Positions 53,139-61,548 of a stretch of DNA of 63,108 nt are shown here, piece by piece. Origin of the DNA: an uncultured archaeon. GTDB taxonomy: Archaea > Asgardarchaeota > Lokiarchaeia > Sigyniarchaeales > SOKP01. Made by a program: the position numbers and the translations under genes. The DNA lies in the NCBI GenBank assembly GCA_964632315.1, contig CAZWEM010000022.1:1-63108 (forward strand), read 5' to 3'. How positions within the stretch are numbered: the stretch's first letter is position 1; the number at the start of each line of letters is the position of its first letter. The notes under the pieces are model-generated. The model saw only the letters and a program-made list of their open reading frames with translations, searched no databases and was not told where the DNA came from.

Positions 53139-54020
53139 TTAGGTTGTTAATTTCTCAATTAACTTTTTTGGTTTCACACTTCTATTAGTTAAACTTAAAT
53201 CTTCTAACTCTACTCCTAGTGCAATTGCCATTATTTCCGCTAAATAAAGAACAGGAATGTCTAACTCTTTATTTTTATTTCGTGCGATTATCTTTTCTTT
53301 TCTATCGTATTGAGTTGTACAAGCAGGACAAACTGCGATTAACGCATCCACTTCTTCTTCAAGTTCGCAAAGCTCAGTCATTTTTTGTTCTACTAAATTT
53401 TCCCCGATTTCTTCCTGAAGTCGAGCACAATAACCGCAACATTCAAGCTTCGTAGCAAAATCAATTGTTTTCGCTCCAAGAGCTTTTAAGATTCGATCAA
53501 TAGTCTCTGGACGTTCTGGATGATCAAATTGCATAATCTTGCTCGGTCTTATAAGATGACAGCCATAATGAACCGCTAGATTTAGGTCATCAAGGGGTCT
53601 TACCGTTAAACTTTTTAATTTATCTAGCCATTCAGGTTGGCTGAAAAGCTCTACAAAATGGAAAACTTTTGTCTTACCAGTATAATGATAGTCGATTTTT
53701 TTTAAAATTCCGTTTATCTTATTAAGATATTCCTTATCCTCTGCCAGTAACACGCTAACCGTTTTTAAGGTTTCATAACATCCCGAACAAATCGTTAGGA
53801 TATTTAAACCCATTTTCTCAGCAATAGCTAGATTTCGGGCTCCTAAGGTGACCCAAGTATCCATGTTTAAGGATTGCAATGATACAGGTTCTGGACAACA
53901 ACTTACACCTTCCATTTCCTTAAGTTTAACATCCAAGATTCCTGCGACATCTCTAAAAGCTTTCTCCAAATGAGGAAGTTTCAGAGGTATTGTACAGCCT
54001 AAAAATAATGCATATTCCAT
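53139..54020 (-). CDS. hdrB: Heterodisulfide reductase subunit B
   Basis: FLGC, CCP, CSGC, HYGCH, CCG, CPAC (CCG domains). Confidence 0.92.
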   Translation of the reverse strand: MEYALFLGCTIPLKLPHLEKAFRDVAGILDVKLKEMEGVSCCPEPVSLQSLNMDTWVTLGARNLAIAEKMGLNILTICSGCYETLKTVSVLLAEDKEYLNKINGILKKIDYHYTGKTKVFHFVELFSQPEWLDKLKSLTVRPLDDLNLAVHYGCHLIRPSKIMQFDHPERPETIDRILKALGAKTIDFATKLECCGYCARLQEEIGENLVEQKMTELCELEEEVDALIAVCPACTTQYDRKEKIIARNKNKELDIPVLYLAEIMAIALGVELEDLSLTNRSVKPKKLIEKLTT

Positions 54021-54022
54021 TT

Positions 54023-54553
54023 TTACTTATCCTCCTTTTTTTTTGCTAGACCACCTAGTCCTGTTTCATCAATTATAAACCTAATTTCATCAAGATTTGG
54101 AGGAACTAGCTCGGGTAAGCCCATTCTTGTTCTCCTTCTGTCGATGTTTGTTTTTAAACCCCCAGTATAAGGTACAACATATCCATTTTCATAGATAGTA
54201 ACGACTGTACCAGAATATTCTTTTGGAATTTTACCCTCTTTAACAGCTAAATTTCTTAGGAGGGCTAAAATAAAGGAATAATCTACATTCTTTGGACATC
54301 TTTCGGTACATCTATGACATAATGAACATGTCCATATGGCGTTACTATTGAGAACTTCTTTTCTGAGCCCTAATAAGCAAGAAGCAACCACTCTGTGAGG
54401 CTGTAAATCGACATATTCGGTTACGGTACAACCTGAACTACAAACACCACATTGAATGCATTTCAATAAGGATTTAGCACCTACTTTCTGGCTAATTTCG
54501 TATCTAAAAGCATGATCTAACTCACTGGCATTTTTCTTTACCATTTCTGTCAT
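54023..54553 (-). CDS. hdrC: Heterodisulfide reductase subunit C
   Basis: CIQCGVCSSGC, WTCSLCHRCTERCP. Confidence 0.92.
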   Translation of the reverse strand: MTEMVKKNASELDHAFRYEISQKVGAKSLLKCIQCGVCSSGCTVTEYVDLQPHRVVASCLLGLRKEVLNSNAIWTCSLCHRCTERCPKNVDYSFILALLRNLAVKEGKIPKEYSGTVVTIYENGYVVPYTGGLKTNIDRRRTRMGLPELVPPNLDEIRFIIDETGLGGLAKKKEDK

Positions 54554-54556
54554 ATT

Positions 54557-57500
54557 TTAGGCACCCTCCACTGCTTTTTCTTTCTTTTTTTCAATTTTAT
54601 CACCAGTTTTGGCTAATGGCCCAAGTTTTTTGACTTGTTCTACAAATTCAGTAACCACTTGAGAAAATCGCTTTCCTTCACTTGCTGAAATCCATTCAAG
54701 TCGATATCTATCGGGATTAATACCAACTTTATCCAATAGTTCATGAATTTCATTAAATCTTCTTTGCATATCATAATTCCCTTCAAGATAATGACAATCC
54801 CCAATATGGCACCCTCCTATCAAAACTCCATCTGCACCTTCTAAAAATGCTTGTAAAATGAAATGTTTGGGAATTCTTCCAGTGCACATCACCCGAATTG
54901 GTCTAATATTTGTTGGATATTGAAATCTACTTACTCCACATGTATCTGCTCCTGCATAACTGCACCAATTGCATAAAAATGCAACAATTCGAGGTCGCTC
55001 ATCAACAAAATCTCCCTTAACCGCTTCTCTTATCATGGGATCTATTTGCTCATCCGCAAAATGACTCATTGTTATAGCCCCAGCAGGACAAGCTGCGGAA
55101 CAATCTCCACATCCCTTGCATAATAATGGATTAGATTCTGATACTAATATATCATTATCAAAGTTGACCCCAATAGCACCAAAATTGCAAACTTCTTCAC
55201 ATTTCTGACAACCGATGCATAAGGCAGGATTCACTACAGAAACTAAAGGTTCATTTTCAACTTCACCCGAAATTAGAGGAATTAATGCGTGAGCTGCTGC
55301 ACCACGCCCTTGCGAAATTGAATCCGCAATTCCCTTCGGTCCGTGACATGTTCCAGCTAAATAAATCCCATCGGTTGCAAAATCAACAGGTCTTAACTTA
55401 ACATGGGCTTCCAAGAAGTAACCATTTTGATCACGCGCGCATTTAATTTGCTCTCCTAGCTTCTGGGTATCAAAAGGTATTAAAGGAGTTGAAAGAACCA
55501 CTTTATCTGCTGGTATTGTGAGATCTATTTGAGTTAATATGTCTTTAACGTTAATATTTAATTTTCCATCAACTACTTCTAAATCTGGATATTCATTAAA
55601 TCTAATGTAATTAACATCTTCACGAGCTTTCCAATAAAATTGTTCTTCATCGGTTCCTACCCTGATATCCCGATATAATACGTAGATTATCGAATTAGGA
55701 TAATTTTCTCTAACATATAGAGCATGTCGAATAGATTCTGAACAACAAATTAAAGAACAATAGGTTACACCATTTCCTCCTTCTGGTTGTCTGGAACCAA
55801 CGCAATGTATGAAAACAAGGGTTTCACCATCTTTTAAATCATTGTTTCTTAATTTTTCTGAAAGCTCTAACTGTGTCATTACATTTTCATTCTTTCCATA
55901 CTGATACCAACCTTCTGGTTTATACTCATAAGCACCCGTAGCAGTAATAATCACTCCCACGTTTAGGTTTCCAATTTTATCATCTTTATTGTTCCTTACA
56001 GTAACCTTAAAATCGCCAATAGAACCCTTAATATCATCAATTTCAGAATTTAAATAAGTAGATATATTTTTATAACTACTATATTCTTTCAATTTCTCTC
56101 CTAAAAATTGATTAGCATCGATCCTATCGAAGTTAATTTTATAGATTTGATTTAATTGGCCTCCAAGTTTATCTTCTTTTTCTACAAGGTGCACTTTAAA
56201 ACCTTTTTTAGCAATTTCGATGGCAGAGCTCATTCCTGCTATCCCACCACCAACAACTAGTGCTTCGGGAATTACATCTCCTTTAATCTTGAATTCTGGC
56301 TTTTGAGCGGCTACTCTAGCTACACCCATTCTAATCAAATCCTTCGCTTTATCAGTCGCACGTGGATTATCATGCATGTGTACCCAAGAATCTAACTCTC
56401 GAATACTCACAAAATTAAAAAGATATTCATTTAAACCAGCTTCTCTAATTGTCTTCTGGAATAATGGTTCGTGAGTTCTTGGAGTGCAAGCAGCAACTAC
56501 AACCCGATTGAGATTTAACTCTTCAATTTTTTCCTTGATGATATCTTGAGTCAATTGCGAACAACTATACTTGTTTTCCATTGAAAAAACTACATTTGGA
56601 AGGGTTTTCGAATATTTAACTAAGTCTGGTACATCCAAATATCCTGCTATGTTTATTCCACATCGACAAATGAATACACCAATTCGTGGTTGCTCAGTAG
56701 ACTTTATTTCTTTAAGGGGAGGCAATTCCACTTTAGTCTCTTCAGCACTCAAAGGAACTGCGTGAGAAGCGGCTAAGGCAGCAGCACCTCCCGCTTTCGC
56801 GACTGAATTTGCTATGTCATCAGGAGATTGACAAGACCCGGTAACATAGATACCCTCCTTAGTCGATCTTAAATCTTCTGTTGAATCGATAGTTTTAAAA
56901 AAACCTAATTCATTTCTTTGAATTCCCAAGAGTTTTGCTAAACTTTCAGAATCAACACGAGGAGTAACAGCATTCGCTAGTACTACTAAATCGAATTCCT
57001 TAGTTTCCACTTCACCTGTATCAAGGTTTGCTGCTTTGACATATAGATTATGATTTTCAGGATTTTCGCGGACATCACCCGGTATTCCATGATGATAATG
57101 AAGATTATATTCATTTTGAGCCCTTACTATGAATTCTTCTTGATTTTTCCCTATAACTCGAATATCATTATAAAAGATACTTACATTCGTATCAGGGGCA
57201 TGCTCTCTCGTTACTACTCCCTCTTTTGCCATATACATACAGCAAAATTTAGAACAGTAAGCGCATAAATCTTCATTTCGCGATCCCACGCAAGCAACAA
57301 AAGCAATCTCGTGAGCATGCTTTTTATCTGATGGTTTCAGTAATTCTCCTCCAGTTGGTCCAGATGCACTTAATAATCGTTCATATTGCATTGCAGTTAT
57401 GACATTTGGATACTCTCCATAATGATATCGATCCAACACAGAAGGATCTAATAGATCAATTCCAGTTGCAACGACAATCGATGCAACATTGTATTCAGTA

Positions 57501-58045
57501 ATTTCATCCTTGTCATCCCAATTTATAGCTCCTGCCTCACACTCCTTTTCACATAATTGACAAGCTCCCTTTGTGAGATAAAGGCATTTTTCTGAATCAA
57601 TTACCGCTTTCCTTGGCACAGCCTGTGGAAAAGGAATGTAGATTGCCGTACGATTTCCCATCCCTTCCTCAAATTCAGAAGGGATTTTTTTCATAGGACA
57701 CTTTTCTGAGCAAGCTCCACATCCCGTACAAGCATCCCAATTGACATACCTCGCTTTCTTTTTCACTTTTACCTTGAAATTTCCTGCCTTACCACTTACA
57801 CTTTCTACTTCTGAGTAAGCAAGAAGTTCGATATTAGGATGTCTGGAAGACTCAACCATCTTTGGAGCCAATATGCATATGCTACAATCAAGAGTTGGGA
57901 ATGTTTTATCAAGTTGTGCCATTCTCCCTCCGACTGATGATGTTTTTTCAACTAAAATCACTTTATATCCTTGATCAGCTAACGTTAACGAAGTTTCTAT
58001 ACCTGATATACCTGCTCCTATTACCATAATATTACTATTTGGCAT
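54557..58045 (-). CDS. hdrA: Large HdrA (two FAD modules) fused to C-terminal MvhD
   Basis: GAGISG...GGRMAQLDKTFPTLDC; inserted ferredoxin; internal IGVFICRCG; second GGGIAG module; ferredoxin; MvhD FLCNWCSY..RVMCTGR..GCHIGDCHY. Confidence 0.92.
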   Translation of the reverse strand: MPNSNIMVIGAGISGIETSLTLADQGYKVILVEKTSSVGGRMAQLDKTFPTLDCSICILAPKMVESSRHPNIELLAYSEVESVSGKAGNFKVKVKKKARYVNWDACTGCGACSEKCPMKKIPSEFEEGMGNRTAIYIPFPQAVPRKAVIDSEKCLYLTKGACQLCEKECEAGAINWDDKDEITEYNVASIVVATGIDLLDPSVLDRYHYGEYPNVITAMQYERLLSASGPTGGELLKPSDKKHAHEIAFVACVGSRNEDLCAYCSKFCCMYMAKEGVVTREHAPDTNVSIFYNDIRVIGKNQEEFIVRAQNEYNLHYHHGIPGDVRENPENHNLYVKAANLDTGEVETKEFDLVVLANAVTPRVDSESLAKLLGIQRNELGFFKTIDSTEDLRSTKEGIYVTGSCQSPDDIANSVAKAGGAAALAASHAVPLSAEETKVELPPLKEIKSTEQPRIGVFICRCGINIAGYLDVPDLVKYSKTLPNVVFSMENKYSCSQLTQDIIKEKIEELNLNRVVVAACTPRTHEPLFQKTIREAGLNEYLFNFVSIRELDSWVHMHDNPRATDKAKDLIRMGVARVAAQKPEFKIKGDVIPEALVVGGGIAGMSSAIEIAKKGFKVHLVEKEDKLGGQLNQIYKINFDRIDANQFLGEKLKEYSSYKNISTYLNSEIDDIKGSIGDFKVTVRNNKDDKIGNLNVGVIITATGAYEYKPEGWYQYGKNENVMTQLELSEKLRNNDLKDGETLVFIHCVGSRQPEGGNGVTYCSLICCSESIRHALYVRENYPNSIIYVLYRDIRVGTDEEQFYWKAREDVNYIRFNEYPDLEVVDGKLNINVKDILTQIDLTIPADKVVLSTPLIPFDTQKLGEQIKCARDQNGYFLEAHVKLRPVDFATDGIYLAGTCHGPKGIADSISQGRGAAAHALIPLISGEVENEPLVSVVNPALCIGCQKCEEVCNFGAIGVNFDNDILVSESNPLLCKGCGDCSAACPAGAITMSHFADEQIDPMIREAVKGDFVDERPRIVAFLCNWCSYAGADTCGVSRFQYPTNIRPIRVMCTGRIPKHFILQAFLEGADGVLIGGCHIGDCHYLEGNYDMQRRFNEIHELLDKVGINPDRYRLEWISASEGKRFSQVVTEFVEQVKKLGPLAKTGDKIEKKKEKAVEGA

Positions 58046-58781
58046 TTTTCTTCAGATTTTATTTTTCTAATTGATTTTTAAAATAAATTTTTGGTTATTT
58101 ATGCAATTATTTTATAATTTAGGGGATGGCTCAGAAATCGAAACAATAATGATCCATTTCCCCCAAAAACCAAATATTTATTATAGTTGTGTAAAAAACA
58201 TTTATAAAATTTTCTCTTAATGACGATTTGTGAAAATTTATGATCAAAAAAATCAAGTTTTAGTCAAACAATGATCTTAATTAAGAAGAAAATGTTATTT
58301 TTGGACAATAAAAGTATTGATCCTTTGAATCGGCAATCGATGAATGTTTTGGGATTTAAGGTGCTAAAAATATTGGATATTGTTTCAATCACTTTAAACG
58401 TGTTTTAAATCATTTATAGCTATTTCCTTTTTTCACCGTGAAAAACAGTTAAAATAGTTCAATTTGTTCGCGCGAAAACGTGACCGCATCAAGATCCAGT
58501 CAAGATTTAAAAGCATGTATTAATATTTATTATATACTAAAGCGTGGAAATACAGTTTAGTCTTAGGAAACCCTTATTAATACGGGTTATAGGGTTATTT
58601 TTGTATCACCTTGGACAGTATTAGCAAAGCTATTTTACGGGGAATAAAAACGATTCATATTATATGGATATTAAATGAATTCTAAAATGAAAGAAGGCAA
58701 TAAAATCATAACCAATAAATAATTCTCTTAGATCTCGACAAAATTGTATTTGAAAACAAGTACTTTGAGAGTGAAATTATC

Positions 58782-59462
58782 GTGAAGATATGTGTATGTG
58801 GTCCTTTAAAATGTGGAAAATCCAGTTTCATTAATTACTTTGATGATAAAGCATTAAATGTTGAAGCACGAGCACGAGACAATAATTATTATACCATTGG
58901 GATGGATCTTGGAATAGTAAAGTTAAATGGATTTGACGTGTTCCTTTTCGGCACTCCAGGTTTGTTGAGGTTTAATGTCATGAGAGATGTGATTGTTCAA
59001 GGAACAGACGGAATTATCTTCATTTTCGATGCTGCTCATCCTGAGAAAGATGAAGATGGCATTGTAATATTAAACGCCATAAGAAAGTCATTATTTCCAG
59101 AAACACCTATAGTTTATTTAGCAAATAAACAAGATGTAGCTGGAGCTCGACATCCAGAGGTTGTACGTTCACAAAATTATTTACACCAAGATGCAGTCAT
59201 GTTTGCTACAAGTACTCGCACGGGGGAAAACTTGGATGAGGCATTAAAATATATAGTAAATCAGATCTATGATAATTATTCAGCGCTTTTAAAAATCTTA
59301 AGCCAATATGAAGAAGACATTGAAGGTTTGGCTGAAGAATTGCAGAAAGATAAAATAGAGATGAGAGATCTCTTGAACAATCTTGAAATTAAAAGGTTTA
59401 TTGATATTGATCGGTTTAACAAGACTTATAAGGTTCGTGAAGGTATGAAAATGATAATGTAA
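58782..59462 (+). CDS. Small GTPase (Ras-like/MglA-like) with C-terminal wHTH-like extension
   Basis: GPLKCGKS (G1), TIGMD (G2), GTPG (G3), NKQD (G4), ST (G5). Confidence 0.85.
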   Translation: MKICVCGPLKCGKSSFINYFDDKALNVEARARDNNYYTIGMDLGIVKLNGFDVFLFGTPGLLRFNVMRDVIVQGTDGIIFIFDAAHPEKDEDGIVILNAIRKSLFPETPIVYLANKQDVAGARHPEVVRSQNYLHQDAVMFATSTRTGENLDEALKYIVNQIYDNYSALLKILSQYEEDIEGLAEELQKDKIEMRDLLNNLEIKRFIDIDRFNKTYKVREGMKMIM

Positions 59463-59472
59463 TTTGAGATAT

Positions 59473-61383
59473 TCAGTGGATTTTTGAGAATTCTTCTGGA
59501 TTAACTATATTTTTATTAAAAATCTTCAATAATTGTTTCAATTCTGATCTTTGATGATATAAGATATTCCAAAAGAACTCTGGAATGTTTTTTTCAGTTT
59601 TGTACAATTTTTCCATCCGATCTAATTTATTTAGTAAATTATCCACTCGTAAAGAAAATTGTTCTAAATAATCGTTTTTATTATAATCTTTTCCTAATTC
59701 AGTTTTAAATAATTCTTTTAAATCTTTAAAGAGTGGTATATAACCTATTGGAGTTTTGATTGCATGATATTCATTACGTGTTCGTCCCTCTGCCCAGATT
59801 AACCAAATTTTTTTGTCTAAAATCCCGTTCAAATATTTTCCTTTTTTATTTTTTAGAAAGTAATTTGTTGCAAATACTATAGGACAATGAGTCAGTCGAT
59901 CTCCAAACTTCTTATGATTTAGGAGATATTTTCCTAATGGAATTACTAAAAAATCTAAATTAGCCATTGGGTTAGCTTTTCTTACTCCTACAGTTCCTAA
60001 TGTCGCAGAAGTTGTTTCTGATTCAATAGTTGCCCCTAAAAAGATTCCATGCTCCCAATTTAAACTTTCTACAACTGGGGGCATAGTATCAGAATCTCTA
60101 CCCCCATAAAATATTCCATGTAACGGAACACCTTTGGGATCCTCTAACTTTGGGTCGACATTAGCTAATTCACTTAAGCGAATAGTATATCGAGCATTTG
60201 TGTGAGCATGTGGTATTAGGTTTCCAGCGTCATCAGTTTTACCCAAAAACCAGTCTCCAGAATGATTAGATCCTTTGGTGGGTAAATCCTTACCCATTCC
60301 TAACCAATATGGTTCATTATCATTGATTAAAACGTTTGAAAAAATAGTTTCTCTTGGAGTAGTGAGGGCTTCATATATTACTGGATCATCCTTGGGATTC
60401 ACGTCTTTAATTATCCCAAAGATTCCTTTTTCTATATTAGCAGCATGGGCATATCCATCCTCAAAAGCTCGTAGATAGGCAATATCATCACCAACAATCA
60501 ATTGTCCTGGTAACATAGCCGTAGATGTTTTACCACAAGCACTTGGATAAGCCCCCGCGAAATAAGTTATCCGATTTTTGCCTTGTGGACATGCTCCCAT
60601 AATGAAATAATGTTCGGTTAGCCAATCTTCATTATTTGCTTTATGAATGGCAAGTCTCAAGGCTAACTTCTTAAGACCTAATGAATTTCCAGCATATTGA
60701 TTATTAACAGATAATACACGATTTTCTTTTAAATCTATATAAATCCTTCTATTCTTAACATTTTTCGAAACGGGCGGATCACCATAAAGTTCTCCAGCAG
60801 AATGAATAAAGTAAAAGAAATCATTTGAACCTTTAAGGTTTATAAATTCTTGATAACCTGTTCTATACAACAGATCCTCTGAATGAGCTACATAAAAAGA
60901 ATCTGTTAGTTGAAGGGCACAAATAGTAAACTCTGAATTTTTAGGACCTAAACAAAAAAACCTTACCAGGCATTCTTTTCCTTCCATACAACCATTCATA
61001 ATTTCAAGGATCTCATTGAGTCCTTTTTTACGATCAAGAGTGTTGATCCAAGGACTAGCATACTCACCTTCAGTTATTAATAATTGAGTATTTTCTTTAT
61101 CCCTCGCTTGATCATAGAAGCCATCAAAATGAATTGTATGGCCTTTCAGCTTTAATTCTGTTTCTTCATTAAGTTCAATAGCCTTTCTCCGCACATATTC
61201 TATGTCTTCATTTTCGTCAGAAATTACTGTTAATTTGTCCGGTTTGCATAACTTAGTAAAAGTATATATAATTTCAAATAGCTGATTATTATCAAGTTTC
61301 CCTAGTTTTTCGAAATCAGACTTAGTAAGAATTTTGTCATCAATGAAATGTTCAATTTCTTGTAAATAATTCATTAAAACCAA
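59473..61383 (-). CDS. pckG: Phosphoenolpyruvate carboxykinase (GTP)
   Basis: YAGNSLG.KK, WLTEH, PSACGKTS, GDDIA, H.NARY, GGRD. Confidence 0.93.
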   Translation of the reverse strand: MVLMNYLQEIEHFIDDKILTKSDFEKLGKLDNNQLFEIIYTFTKLCKPDKLTVISDENEDIEYVRRKAIELNEETELKLKGHTIHFDGFYDQARDKENTQLLITEGEYASPWINTLDRKKGLNEILEIMNGCMEGKECLVRFFCLGPKNSEFTICALQLTDSFYVAHSEDLLYRTGYQEFINLKGSNDFFYFIHSAGELYGDPPVSKNVKNRRIYIDLKENRVLSVNNQYAGNSLGLKKLALRLAIHKANNEDWLTEHYFIMGACPQGKNRITYFAGAYPSACGKTSTAMLPGQLIVGDDIAYLRAFEDGYAHAANIEKGIFGIIKDVNPKDDPVIYEALTTPRETIFSNVLINDNEPYWLGMGKDLPTKGSNHSGDWFLGKTDDAGNLIPHAHTNARYTIRLSELANVDPKLEDPKGVPLHGIFYGGRDSDTMPPVVESLNWEHGIFLGATIESETTSATLGTVGVRKANPMANLDFLVIPLGKYLLNHKKFGDRLTHCPIVFATNYFLKNKKGKYLNGILDKKIWLIWAEGRTRNEYHAIKTPIGYIPLFKDLKELFKTELGKDYNKNDYLEQFSLRVDNLLNKLDRMEKLYKTEKNIPEFFWNILYHQRSELKQLLKIFNKNIVNPEEFSKIH

Positions 61384-61548
61384 TTTTATTATTTTTAAGG
61401 CATGAAAAGATAAGTGTAAGAAGGAACTATTAATTTTTAAAACTTCCGAGGGGATAAAATTGGGAAAACTCAGATAACGTTTAGTAATTAGCTGTTAATA
61501 AAAATAAAATTCAAAAATAAAAGAGAAAAATTAATTTATGTTCTAAAT

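Noticed and set aside
11349-58045. Selenocysteine in FDH, HdrA or MvhD
   Set aside because: ORFs are uninterrupted, with Cys at the positions where homologs can carry Sec
53139-58045. Methanogenesis
   Set aside because: No mcr/mtr genes here; Hdr is widespread in non-methanogens and here is linked to metVF
58122-58164. Fluoride riboswitch (GGGGATGG...AATGA)
   Set aside because: No P1 closure or pseudoknot complement, wrong strand for hdrA, and no crcB nearby
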